IMG/VR virus record: IMGVR_UViG_3300017593_000761
Length of the DNA stretch: 64,000 bases
Source: an uncultured virus (IMG/VR IMGVR_UViG_3300017593_000761)
Lineage: Duplodnaviria > Heunggongvirae > Uroviricota > Caudoviricetes
Strand: one strand, 5' to 3'
Shown in pieces: positions 9,992 to 19,596 of the stretch. Under the pieces are notes generated by a model, which made no database searches, was not told the DNA's origin, and worked only from the letters and a program-made list of their open reading frames with translations. How positions within the stretch are numbered: the first letter of the stretch is position 1; each line of letters opens with the position of its first letter. The translations under genes and the position numbers were made by a program.

Positions 9992-10351
9992 TTACTTCCT
10001 AAATAAGCACTTTAGTGCTCGCTTTAGATTCACCTTTTGATTCTTAATGAATCTTTGACGAAAGTAAAACGGCAGTCCTAACACGAAAGCGTATTCCTCT
10101 AACCACTTGTGGAATCCGGGAGTGTCTATTGGGACAAAGTCAATATTTGTGGCATTCTTTCGCATTAACTCTCTTAATAGCACATTATTAACGTATACTG
10201 CGTTCTCTCCACGAGAAGATGCTAATCCTATTATTTTCAGTTTTTTATATCCTCTTTCCTCCAGAGCTGGTAACGAAATCTTGAAGTTCTCCGATGGTAA
10301 ATAATCATCAGGATTGCATTCTACTTCAATCATTTCTTGCGAAATAAGCAT
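9992..10351 (-). CDS. Hypothetical protein, paralog of 10330..10635
   Basis: LPAL..G.K.LK.IG and LGLPF.FR..AL.CLFRK shared. Confidence 0.7.
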   Translation of the reverse strand: MLISQEMIEVECNPDDYLPSENFKISLPALEERGYKKLKIIGLASSRGENAVYVNNVLLRELMRKNATNIDFVPIDTPGFHKWLEEYAFVLGLPFYFRQRFIKNQKVNLKRALKCLFRK

Positions 10352-10635
10352 CTCAGTGCCTGTGCCAACCTCTTTTTATCGCCATCTATATATTTAGTCC
10401 GAAAGTTAAAAGGTAGTCCCAGTATCAATGTTTCCTCTTCTCTTTCCTCCATCTCTATTATTCTTGCGTTTATAACATTTTGCATTATCCGTTCTTTCCA
10501 GCCTTTGCTAATTACTATTTCATTGCCGTGAGTGCCGAATAGTTTAATGCGCTTAACTCCTTTCATCGCAGGAAGCCGTAAATCAAACTCCTCCTCAGGA
10601 AATCCCACAAACTCTCCAACATAAGTTATTTTCAT
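10330..10635 (-). CDS. Hypothetical protein, paralog of 9992..10351
   Basis: LPAMKGVKRIKLFG..LGLPFNFR..ALRCLFRK. Confidence 0.7.
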   Translation of the reverse strand: MKITYVGEFVGFPEEEFDLRLPAMKGVKRIKLFGTHGNEIVISKGWKERIMQNVINARIIEMEEREEETLILGLPFNFRTKYIDGDKKRLAQALRCLFRKK

Positions 10636-11345
10636 ATTCTTTTCACCATTTCCTCCTGTATCTTTTCAAATCGTTCAGGCTGTTTAATGAATCGCTTGAT
10701 GAATAGGGTCACGAGAAGAAGCTGGCGATATGTGGTTATCTTTGGGAGACGAAACTCAACGTCTCCTTTATTGGCTGTCTTTAGATTTATGAAAAAGTAT
10801 CTGTCATCCGCATCATCTAAGTGACAGTAATCATTTGGTCCTCTTCCCCAAAGCCTCTCGTCTATATAAACGTCTGAGAGCTCTGGCAGGACCGCTTCGA
10901 TTCTCTGATAATTGCTATACGGTATCCTTCCTACATGAACATGGGAGGAAACGAGATACCACCGAAAATACGCTTGATATATTTGCATTAATGGCTTGAG
11001 TGAAGATATCAGAGCTCGCCGAGACAGATATATTGGAGATTTCCATTCCGTGTCATCAATCGTTCCATCTTCAGTTGGGACGAATCCTCTTGCAGCTAAC
11101 CTCCCAAAGAGTTCTATTCGTTGTTGGGTATCTCTTTCGTGGTGTCTTCGGAATTCCAGTTCAATTCCCCATGTGAAATCCCTATTTGTTCCTGTTCCCC
11201 TCATTATTTCGTTTCGCCATGTATAGGGATAGAGATTAAGATGCTTACTGCATATATAACCGTATCCTCGAATATAAACCGAAGCCACCGTCTCGTGTCC
11301 GCATATCCTGCATTTCTTCACATTGAATCCTCTAATCCCCAACAT
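10632..11345 (-). CDS. Putative amidoligase (COOH-NH2 ligase, Amidoligase_2-like) with N-terminal Zn motif
   Basis: WGIELE, EDGT, EWKSP, HVHVG, DRY..IN, VEFRLP. Confidence 0.8.
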   Translation of the reverse strand: MLGIRGFNVKKCRICGHETVASVYIRGYGYICSKHLNLYPYTWRNEIMRGTGTNRDFTWGIELEFRRHHERDTQQRIELFGRLAARGFVPTEDGTIDDTEWKSPIYLSRRALISSLKPLMQIYQAYFRWYLVSSHVHVGRIPYSNYQRIEAVLPELSDVYIDERLWGRGPNDYCHLDDADDRYFFINLKTANKGDVEFRLPKITTYRQLLLVTLFIKRFIKQPERFEKIQEEMVKRI

Positions 11346-11348
11346 TTC

Positions 11349-11585
11349 TTATCCCCGCAAAACGATTCTTCCATCTAAGAGCAATCTGTCCACTGAATCA
11401 AAGTTCTCCGTTATTTCGTATCCGGCTTTCCTGTATAACTTATAAAGCTCTTCAAACGACAGTTTCGGTTTCCTTAAGTTACCACTCGGGTCCCTGAATA
11501 GCGTCAAGCCTATCCTCCTGAAGTGGAGGAATTCTCCGATTTCTTTCCCTCCTTTCCATACCTTAAATCTTGCTACTCTCTCCAT
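11349..11585 (-). CDS. Hypothetical protein
   Basis: GGAGGTGA RBS. Confidence 0.65.
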   Translation of the reverse strand: MERVARFKVWKGGKEIGEFLHFRRIGLTLFRDPSGNLRKPKLSFEELYKLYRKAGYEITENFDSVDRLLLDGRIVLRG

Positions 11586-11639
11586 TTTCTTATCACCTCC
11601 AATATCCTATACTTTAACACAAACGAGAAGGAAGAGACA

Positions 11640-11909
11640 TCAATCCCTTCCTCCCCGTTGTAGGTGTCTTCGCTTATTTCGTTTCTTTTCATAATTTTCT
11701 CTCACCTCTTTCACATACTCCACCACTTTATCCCAATCTTTATGATGCAAAAACACATGTCCATCTTCTATCCCTGCATTCGTGGTTATTATCTCTACTG
11801 CTCTTTCCCACACTTTCACAATGACTTTACTGTTCAGATAGTGGTCTAATATTGCGTTCTTTGTCTCTTCATCTATTTGCTTTGGTTTCATTTCTTCATC
11901 CCAAACCAT
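11640..11909 (-). CDS. Hypothetical protein
   Basis: Minus-strand chain. Confidence 0.6.
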   Translation of the reverse strand: MVWDEEMKPKQIDEETKNAILDHYLNSKVIVKVWERAVEIITTNAGIEDGHVFLHHKDWDKVVEYVKEVRENYEKKRNKRRHLQRGGRD

Positions 11910-11913
11910 GTCA

Positions 11914-12132
11914 TCATTGAGTTGTGGATTGGAACAAGTTCCCGATGGGAGAATCCAGTCCCCACTTCTTTATCCCTTCTTTAACAAGAAGTATGAGGTC
12001 TTCATTAATCTCAATGTTTCCCAAGAAGAACGAACGTTCATACGCTTCCTTGAAGCTGTAACTTAAGATATCGGGATATGAACGATATCGCGTAATGAAT
12101 TTTGCTACGCCAATCGCAATCTCATCTGTCAT
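11914..12132 (-). CDS. Hypothetical protein
   Basis: Minus-strand chain. Confidence 0.6.
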   Translation of the reverse strand: MTDEIAIGVAKFITRYRSYPDILSYSFKEAYERSFFLGNIEINEDLILLVKEGIKKWGLDSPIGNLFQSTTQ

Positions 12133-12415
12133 TGTTCAATCCTTTTTTCTCGATATCCCATCCCTCCTCTCCCGCTACGTTAATAAGGTCTGGAAGAGTT
12201 CTAAGTGAGAAATAGGATTCCGGTCTCTCAGTCCACCATTTAACCGTGAATCCAGCATGGTAATCATCAATATACGATTCTCCGTCCTTATAAATTTCAA
12301 AGTTCACTATTCCTACTCCGATGACTCTACCTCTTTCCCTTACTATAAGAACATCTCCGATACGGTATTCTCTATCGTTAATTCTAATTCCGTTATCTAT
12401 CAATTCTGCGTCCAT
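12122..12415 (-). CDS. Hypothetical protein (possibly YopX-like), paralog of 12804..13172
   Basis: YRIGDVL..G.V.F..Y.D..D.YH.GF.V..TL.DL shared. Confidence 0.65.
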   Translation of the reverse strand: MDAELIDNGIRINDREYRIGDVLIVRERGRVIGVGIVNFEIYKDGESYIDDYHAGFTVKWWTERPESYFSLRTLPDLINVAGEEGWDIEKKGLNNDR

Positions 12416-12572
12416 TCTTCCTCAATTCCTCTATTTTGTTAAGGATTCCTTCGTCCAGTTCTATAATGAGTTCTGCATTATTCTCTTCCACTTTCTTATA
12501 TGCTTCTCTGAAATCCCGTGCCTCTATTACGTCTTCCACTCCACCATCTCTATCGGCTAAGAGGTATAACAT
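12393..12572 (-). CDS. 59-aa hypothetical protein
   Basis: Not in ORF track; MLYLLADRDGGVEDVIEARDF...; GGAGG RBS. Confidence 0.6.
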   Translation of the reverse strand: MLYLLADRDGGVEDVIEARDFREAYKKVEENNAELIIELDEGILNKIEELRKNGRRIDR

Positions 12573-12803
12573 TTTAAATCCCTCCCACGCCTACGTCCCT
12601 TCGGGGCGATAGGCTATATGGGGAAAGCTCCTTGTCATTCCTTATCCGAATACACACTCGTCGCTTATAAATCAAAAATTCGTGGATGTAATATATCTTC
12701 ATCGGGGATCACTAATAACGATAGGAACACTCAGTAGTAAGATGTTAGACTCTCCTACCCATACAGATATTTATTCCAAACTTTCTTCATTGTTACCTCC
12801 TAA

Positions 12804-13172
12804 CTACTCTTTGACTTTCCATCTTTTACTCTCTAAGAGATCTATTAGAGTGTAGCGACCTACTGGAAAATCTGTATTTTCAACTATGAATCCAAGATGG
12901 TATTTATCCCATCGTCCATCTCCTACATCGACGTATTTCTTGAATCGCACTGTGCCCTTAAACCATAAATCTCCTCGCTTTCTGTCTATTACTTCAAGAA
13001 CGTCACCTACTCGGAAGACTCTACCTCCGATTTTTACTCCATCTGTTCTTAGTTCAATTTTCCTTTCTTTTCGCATTTCCATATCACCTCCTAACGCCTT
13101 TAGGGCGATTGTTGTTTTTCGCCCTTCCCGGATTTGCACCAAGGAGAAGAACTCAAAAATACTCTTCAACAT
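12804..13172 (-). CDS. Hypothetical protein, paralog of 12122..12415 (true start probably after the GGAGGTGA at ~13090)
   Basis: FRVGDVL..GTVRF..YVD..DKYHLGFIVE..TLIDL. Confidence 0.65.
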   Translation of the reverse strand: MLKSIFEFFSLVQIREGRKTTIALKALGGDMEMRKERKIELRTDGVKIGGRVFRVGDVLEVIDRKRGDLWFKGTVRFKKYVDVGDGRWDKYHLGFIVENTDFPVGRYTLIDLLESKRWKVKE

Positions 13173-13276
13173 TTTCTATGTGTATTTCATATCCATCTAT
13201 ATACATATCAGTAAAATATGGTAGATATATCATACCGTTATTTAATGGCGTTATCTCTTCCATACTTCATCACCTC

Positions 13277-13501
13277 CTAACGATTTCTAATCCTTGAGAT
13301 AATACGAAAACATATCCCTCTAAATGCACATTCCTCGCATTGACAAGGAAGCTCACACTCTGGAATCACTGATTTTACTTCTCCGTCAGGATGGAATTCC
13401 ACTATAAATTTCACCCTTACTCTGGATTTCTCTCTCAACGTTTTCTTGTGCGCTCGCCAGCACTCTATGAATTCCTCCTCTGTCATATCTATATAATTCA
13501 T
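13277..13501 (-). CDS. Small Cys-rich protein
   Basis: CELPCQCEECAFRGIC. Confidence 0.55.
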   Translation of the reverse strand: MNYIDMTEEEFIECWRAHKKTLREKSRVRVKFIVEFHPDGEVKSVIPECELPCQCEECAFRGICFRIISRIRNR

Positions 13502-13734
13502 TCATCTTCCATATATAAATCCTCTAATGCAATTATGAGAGTGGGGATAGACATCTTAGAGAATTCCTGAAGCCACCCTAAGTTCTTCTTATCTTCATAA
13601 TATTCTTGGAGCTGTCTATTTGTCATTTTCTTGTTGTATTTTTTCTGGATATTTCTTGTCAATCTCTTTATTTCTTTATCAACGTCTGTTCTCCAATTTT
13701 TGTTTGTCCAGCCCTCCTTTATGTAGACTTTCAT
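13498..13734 (-). CDS. Hypothetical protein
   Basis: GGAGG RBS; overlaps the next gene. Confidence 0.6.
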   Translation of the reverse strand: MKVYIKEGWTNKNWRTDVDKEIKRLTRNIQKKYNKKMTNRQLQEYYEDKKNLGWLQEFSKMSIPTLIIALEDLYMEDE

Positions 13735-13941
13735 GTTATCGCCTCCGCTTCAACCAAACCCCCGCCACCTAAGGAGTTGTGGCGTGCTATCCTTATTATT
13801 CTTTTCTATTTCTTCTTGCATTTTAGTCCTCCTCCCCTCTCTATATCCTTTTTATTTTCACTTTTGCCCGCTCTCCTATATATTATTATAATCGTATTAA
13901 GCATTATAATGTTAAGTCTTTGTGAAGAGGGTTGCTAAAGG

Positions 13942-14113
13942 TCAATCTACGCTCAATCTATCAATCTAAGGGCAATTCTCAGGTTTTCAGTGAACGCATC
14001 AATCTAAGAGGCTTTCTGTATATCAATCTAAGGTCTTGAGGAACATCAATCTAAGTTGCATGAGAAGGGGAAGTTGTAAGCACCAATCTAAAGGAGTATG
14101 AGCTGTCAATCTA
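13942..14113 (+). repeat. Iteron-like TCAATCTA(AG) direct repeats, 8 copies
   Basis: Copies at 13942, 13953, 13961, 13999, 14023, 14046, 14083 (CCAATCTA) and 14106. Confidence 0.85.
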
Positions 14114-14199
14114 TAATTTCTGGAAGCTATCCTATCGCCTATTCTATAAAAGGTATGATATAGCATCTTATCCAACACAGCATTAATTGAGGTGTTGGG

Positions 14200-14320
14200 C
14201 ATTCCTCTCGATATGCACATATTTGGCTTACAAACAAATTTGGTATATAGCATGAGGATTAATATAGGGTTTAAGCATAAATTTGCATGTGGGCTAAATT
14301 TAATGGCTATAACACAAAAT
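14200..14320. repeat. Dispersed dyad element copy 3 (core from 14214; right arm degenerate)
   Basis: TGCACATATTTGG..CAAATTTG..ATAAATTTGCATG at the same offsets as the other copies. Confidence 0.75.
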
Positions 14321-14726
14321 TTTGAAGGCATTCTCACCCAATACCCGCCAGGTTGGGAGTTGTTGATTGCTAAAAATTAAGGGAGGAGGGTTAAGAAGCA
14401 TTCCCTCCTTTCTCGCGTGATTATTCCATCACGCTTTATGAGGTCCATCTCGCATTTGGGGATGAACCTTATATATCCTAACTCCCCGTCTTTATATCTC
14501 AAATACAGGCTCCCAGTTTCGGGAGCCTTACTGTTCGGTATAACGATTAGTTTGCCCATCTCTCTTCTCCTATGTAGAATCTCTGTATTTCCTCTATTTC
14601 CTGTTGTATCTGGACAGCTGTTAAAATATCTCCGACTCTCAGTGCTCCCTTCTTTGCTTTCCTCAGTAGGTAAAGATTCCTCTTCACTAAGGTTATCTCC
14701 TCTTCCATCGTTATCACCCAAATAAA

Positions 14727-15689
14727 TTAAGGGAGGTAATACCTCCCTTCACTGTCCTGCGATATTAACCCCTCCGCTAACATGCTTCGTATACGCGGAT
14801 TCACTGTTTGTTGTTTCCAGCTGTAATCTCCGCCCATTCCGGATTCCACGATTCCCTTTATTATCTCCGCTTCCCTAAATCTCTGACCTCTGTGCTCCTG
14901 AAGGAATTTAAGGATTATTCCCTTTTTACCTTCGGGACTCCGCCTCCTTCCTTGTCCTCTGTTCGGAGAGGGTAAACTCCCCTCTCCGGTTATGCTTACT
15001 CTTAGCCATCTCTCCAACTCGGGGAACTCTTTAAGGTTTTCCTCTATGAAGTTCCTGACTTCTTCCTTTATCTCTTCATACGCAACTCTTGCTTTTGCTA
15101 ATCTTTCCTTGCGCTTTTGATACTCCTTTTGTAGCTCTTCCATCTTCTTAACTCGCTTTGTATCCTTCTTAAAAGCACTCCTTTGGACTGCTATCCGACT
15201 GAACCGCTCAATTTCTGTCTTTTTCCGTATCAGCTCCGCTATGAGGGACCGGACACCACTGAGTTCCTCTTCAGACATGAATTCTAACATTTCCTCATTG
15301 ACATATCCACGTAGTTCCTCCGGAAGGATTGCTTGACTATGCTTGATTATCTCTCTTCCCGATATCTCGATTTCTGGAACTAATACGGATGACTCTCCCC
15401 GTTTCACTACTCTCATGACTCGAGCTCTAAGAACTTCAGGATGGCGCTGCATTATCCGTCTCATGCTTTCCTCCGCGTTATTCCTCGAAGAAAATACGAA
15501 TATTTTGTTCTCCTTCCTCACTGGCACATAGCTTTCCTCTCCGTCTACTGCTTTCGATACCTGCACTATGTATCTCTCTTCTTCTTCCTTCTCTTCCTTC
15601 TCTACACGGCTTTCCTCTACACGTGGTAAGGACTCGCCACTTTCCTTACCCGCTTCTTTTGCTTGGTGTGTGTTTTTAGCCATTTCCAC
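14727..15689 (-). CDS. Coiled-coil protein with probable C-terminal winged-helix DNA-binding domain
   Basis: E/K-rich heptads; ILKFLQEH..FREAEIIKGI..VNPRIRSMLAEGLISQDSEGRY. Confidence 0.65.
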   Translation of the reverse strand: MEMAKNTHQAKEAGKESGESLPRVEESRVEKEEKEEEERYIVQVSKAVDGEESYVPVRKENKIFVFSSRNNAEESMRRIMQRHPEVLRARVMRVVKRGESSVLVPEIEISGREIIKHSQAILPEELRGYVNEEMLEFMSEEELSGVRSLIAELIRKKTEIERFSRIAVQRSAFKKDTKRVKKMEELQKEYQKRKERLAKARVAYEEIKEEVRNFIEENLKEFPELERWLRVSITGEGSLPSPNRGQGRRRSPEGKKGIILKFLQEHRGQRFREAEIIKGIVESGMGGDYSWKQQTVNPRIRSMLAEGLISQDSEGRYYLP

Positions 15690-16139
15690 ATCACCAATAA
15701 CCCCTATATTTACCCCTATTTAAAGGGTTTTGCTTCATAACTAAATAATTTATCAATGTCTAAAGAATTCTATCAAATAAATCCCCACATGTGTGCATTC
15801 TCTTATTTGGTGTTAAGGCGATCGAGGGATATGCGCATCTCTTGTTATCCTCACCAAGGGAAAGTTATAAACATTAATACCAAACCCCGTATGAATTCAT
15901 ACTGCTTTTGTATCACCAATTCATATCGCCCTCATCCCTTATATCGCCCGTGTTATCCCTTTAGCAAAATTTATGTTTTGACATAAAGGTTCGTAAAGAT
16001 TATCCCTAAAGTATTACTCATTAAGAATATCCCTATTATCCCTCTTATCATAAGGATGGTCTTCTCTTTCTTATCTCTCGCATACACATGCCTATAAAGT
16101 TGTTACTCTTTATGTGTTCTTACAGCCTCTAAGATTTAT

Positions 16140-16870
16140 GTTATTCCGTGTTACGTTTCCCTCTAATTGTGTTATCACACTCATCGCCAGGAAGGTATCA
16201 CGCCATAAGACTTCTCTCGCTATTCGTGATATCATACTAAACTAACTAAGAGTATCACATTGTATTACCTTCCAGCTCACTCGTGTTATCATAAGAATTG
16301 TCTCATTCGTGTTACATTCTGTTATTCTTTTCTCAATTCGTGTTACTCCAAGAGTATCACTCTTATGCTCTTATTCGTATATCCGTGTTACCTCTTATGC
16401 TTCCTATATTGTCTCCATAATACATGTTATGTTCATATTACCTCGAGAATATCACGCTGTGTTACATTCATCTTCGTGTGGTATTATTCATTATGCTCAA
16501 TACCTCCTTTGTGTATCACATGTTATACCCCAAGACCTCCTCGCGTGTTATAAGTTATGCCACATTCCTCCAAGATGTATCATACCATAACATATTCACC
16601 TCACCTGGTATTACCCGTTATGCTCTCCATCGCCTCTTAATGTTACATTGTATTACATTCTACCTCTTTAGTGCTACACATTATGCCCTATACCTGCCTC
16701 ATGTATCACAGGTTATGTCTTACACCACCTAAATGTATCATACCATAACACACCTGCCTCATTTGGTATTACACATTATGCATAACCACCACCCTCCCGT
16801 GTTACCTCTTATGCTCTATGCCACCATAAGGTATCATACAATGTTACATTCTCACCATAAGTGTTACCCT
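16140..16870 (+). repeat. Degenerate RTRTYAY heptamer array in the divergent non-coding region
   Basis: About 30 same-strand GTGTTAC/GTATCAC/GTATTAC/GTGTTAT-type words, plus longer exact duplications. Confidence 0.8.
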
Positions 16871-17309
16871 GTGTTAAGAATTGGGAAAAATTTGTTACTC
16901 ATGAAAACTTGGCATTAGCACACACCCACAAGGGGGAGGGTATCCTAAGGTATCCCTCCTATATACGTATCAAGTCGGGCATCACGGCGGGCACGACACG
17001 AAACTCCCACGAGAAGGCACGAATAAAATGGTCTGGGCAAGTTTCTGGTATCGGAGCTGAACGCTCACTCTGTTCGGGCATCCTCCGAAGAGATTGAGCA
17101 GAACTCCTCTTAAAATCCTCCGTTTCAGAGGTACTTCGTTACCTTTACTGTAATCGCCTTATCGGAACAGAGCCTTCTCCTTCCTCCATTTTGCCGTTAC
17201 CCCATTTTAAAAGCATATCGCTTTTGTTCCGCCATACGTATAGATAGAGGAAGTAATATTAAGACTAAAGTCCTTTAGTTATAAACTAAGATCAATAGGA
17301 AGAACAAAA

Positions 17310-17969
17310 GTGCAGGCAATAGAATACGAAACGCAAAAGAATACCTCTCTATTTGTAGGCGTGATATTCTCACCCTCATTTCCATATTGGCATATTGAAG
17401 CGTGTCAAGCATTCTTGAATGCAAGAAAGCCTCAATTATGGATGCTTGATATTCAACGCTCTCATGGTATAGCAAGCGCTCGTAACAATATTGTCCTTTC
17501 GTTCCTCAAGACGAATTATTCCCATCTCATGCTCCTCGATTCAGATGTCATCTTGTTCGAGGACACCATAGCTCGGATGCTTGAGTTAGATGAGGATGTG
17601 GTAGTTGCAAACGTGCCACAAAAGCCTAACGGAGGTGTTCCGTGTGTCCAGCATTCCGAGCTACCATTTAATAGGGGCGCCCCAGTTGCTAAAGAAGATG
17701 ATACCCGACCAGTAAAGCGATTCATGCTTTGCTCGTTGGGCTGTGTCCTCGTGAAGAGGCATGTCTTTGAGAGGATGAAATTCCCATACTTCCTATATGC
17801 CTCCCAAAAGTTCGATGCTGTTCCAGACTTTTATAGGGTCTCGGAAGATTATTACTTCTTCGTGCGACTTGAGGAATTGGGCATTAAGCCTGTATTCCTT
17901 CCGACTGCAAAAGCTAAGCATATCATAAGTGCTGCCTTAGAACCAAGCAAAGGGCTGGTGAGCGTATGA
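17310..17969 (+). CDS. GT-A fold glycosyltransferase (GT2-like)
   Basis: ARNNIV, LLDSDV, GCVLVKRHVFE, SEDYYF. Confidence 0.8.
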   Translation: MQAIEYETQKNTSLFVGVIFSPSFPYWHIEACQAFLNARKPQLWMLDIQRSHGIASARNNIVLSFLKTNYSHLMLLDSDVILFEDTIARMLELDEDVVVANVPQKPNGGVPCVQHSELPFNRGAPVAKEDDTRPVKRFMLCSLGCVLVKRHVFERMKFPYFLYASQKFDAVPDFYRVSEDYYFFVRLEELGIKPVFLPTAKAKHIISAALEPSKGLVSV

Positions 17970-19099
17970 AAATAGGAATCGTCTCTTCAGTATTCCTCCC
18001 CCTTATAGAAAATGCTTATAAATACTATGGCGGAATGGAAATCAGAACTCTCTCTCTCATAGAATACTTAAGCACGAAAGGGCATGAAGTGCATGTCTTT
18101 GCGACTAATGATTCCTCATTAAACATGAAGAATGTGATGCTTCACACGGGACACTATCCGATTTGGGATGGCAAGCATTCGACCTATGAGATGGAAAAGG
18201 ACATCATCTTGAGCAACTTAGATATCCTAAAAAGCTGTGATGCCGTTCTTGAGGATAATCACTTCCACTATTACAACTATCTTGCTTCAAAAGAAGGCTT
18301 TAAGCAAGATGTGGTGATGTCATGGGACTTCTATCCTAATAACCTTAATGCTCTTCCACCGAGACCGAGAAATGTTGTATGTGTCTCAAAGTATCTTCGT
18401 AATGAAATACGAGATAAGTTTGCCTCACTTGGACACAAAATTTATTATGCCTATTCGGGACTAAACTTGGACTATTATAAAGCTTACAATAACCACCCCA
18501 CCTTTGATGGACCTATCCTATTCCTCAGCAGATTTTCTCACATCAAAGGTGGGCATATCTTCCTTCAGTTAGCTAAAGACCTCCCACATGAAGACTTCCT
18601 CATGCTGGGTGATGTCCTCTTTACAAATGAATCCGCTTATGCTTGGAAGCTCAAACAAAAAGCCGATGAGATGAAAAATGTGAAGATGATTTTCAATGCC
18701 TCTTGGGACGAAAAGATTAAGGCTCTTCAAACTTGCAAACTCTTGGTTCATCCATGCATTATTCCCGAACCATTAGGACTTGATTGTCTTGAAGCTCAGT
18801 TCTTCGGTAAATACGTTATAGGCTATGGTATGGGTGGACTACTTGAGACTGTAAAGGATAACAAAACAGGTGGACTTATCTTTCCGAGTGATGATGCAGT
18901 AGCCAATTACACACTGTTACGAGAAAGACTCAAGATATTCCTATCGAGAGAACCTAATCCCGAAGCTTGCATAAGAAATGTTGAGATGAATTTTGATTTC
19001 AAGCGATTATCAGCTCCAGTATACGAGGCGATACTCTCAGGTGCGGACGAAGATACAATTCACAAATTAGAACGAAAACAAAATGCCACAGTGATATGA
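17966..19099 (+). CDS. GT4 (GT-B) glycosyltransferase
   Basis: YGGME, GHEVHVFA, SRFSHIKG, EPLGLDCLEA, GGLLETV. Confidence 0.88.
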   Translation: MKIGIVSSVFLPLIENAYKYYGGMEIRTLSLIEYLSTKGHEVHVFATNDSSLNMKNVMLHTGHYPIWDGKHSTYEMEKDIILSNLDILKSCDAVLEDNHFHYYNYLASKEGFKQDVVMSWDFYPNNLNALPPRPRNVVCVSKYLRNEIRDKFASLGHKIYYAYSGLNLDYYKAYNNHPTFDGPILFLSRFSHIKGGHIFLQLAKDLPHEDFLMLGDVLFTNESAYAWKLKQKADEMKNVKMIFNASWDEKIKALQTCKLLVHPCIIPEPLGLDCLEAQFFGKYVIGYGMGGLLETVKDNKTGGLIFPSDDAVANYTLLRERLKIFLSREPNPEACIRNVEMNFDFKRLSAPVYEAILSGADEDTIHKLERKQNATVI

Positions 19100-19596
19100 A
19101 GGATAAACATAAAGTTCAAATACTGATTGATAGATCCACAAAGAACAGGCTGATTGAAGCAAAGAATGCACTGCGTAAGACTTGGGATGATTTCTTCCTT
19201 TACCTCTTAGAGTTCTATATTGCTCATTCGGATGAGGATGATAAAGAATTAGAAAAAGCTGAAGCTATTCGGTATTGTCTTACAGATGCTGACACTTCTA
19301 CTCTTGCGTATCATAGAGAACAGCTCGCTAAAATCCTCACCGATTTAGAGAGGTCTGTTGCACAGACCGAAGACCCGAAGGATAAAGCTGTAATAGCAGA
19401 AAAGATTGCTCGAATTAATACCTCTCTCAAGGATATTGCTGAAACTGATGCTGGAAGTAGATTACTCGAAGAAATAGGACGACTAAAAAAGAACCGCTTA
19501 AAAATATTAAAGAATATAGCTCCAACGAAAACTGTGAAGGTTTCGCATGAAAATAAAGAACAGGCATCGGAAATTAAGGACGAGAGGAGACATTAA
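19096..19596 (+). CDS. Putative terminase small subunit with N-terminal ribbon-helix-helix-like segment
   Basis: Directly upstream of TerL; KVQILIDRSTKNRL..TWDDFFLYLL; helical remainder. Confidence 0.5.
   Translation: MKDKHKVQILIDRSTKNRLIEAKNALRKTWDDFFLYLLEFYIAHSDEDDKELEKAEAIRYCLTDADTSTLAYHREQLAKILTDLERSVAQTEDPKDKAVIAEKIARINTSLKDIAETDAGSRLLEEIGRLKKNRLKILKNIAPTKTVKVSHENKEQASEIKDERRH

Noticed and set aside
363..15629. Many plus-strand ORFs antisense to early genes (and likewise antisense ORFs elsewhere)
   Set aside because: Shadow frames of a dense gene chain with RBSs and stop/start overlaps on the other strand.
15700..15800. ATGTGTGCA at ~15789 as another dyad element
   Set aside because: The left arm and internal AAATTT motifs do not fall at the conserved offsets.
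13942..16870. CRISPR or mini-CRISPR array
   Set aside because: Repeat units are only 7-10 bp, degenerate and irregularly spaced; there is no 25-40 bp repeat with constant-length spacers and no cas genes.
15756..17097. Plus-strand ORFs in the 15.7-17.1 kb gap
   Set aside because: Overlapping frames with Y/H/C/I-biased translations are explained by the heptamer array; no clear RBS.
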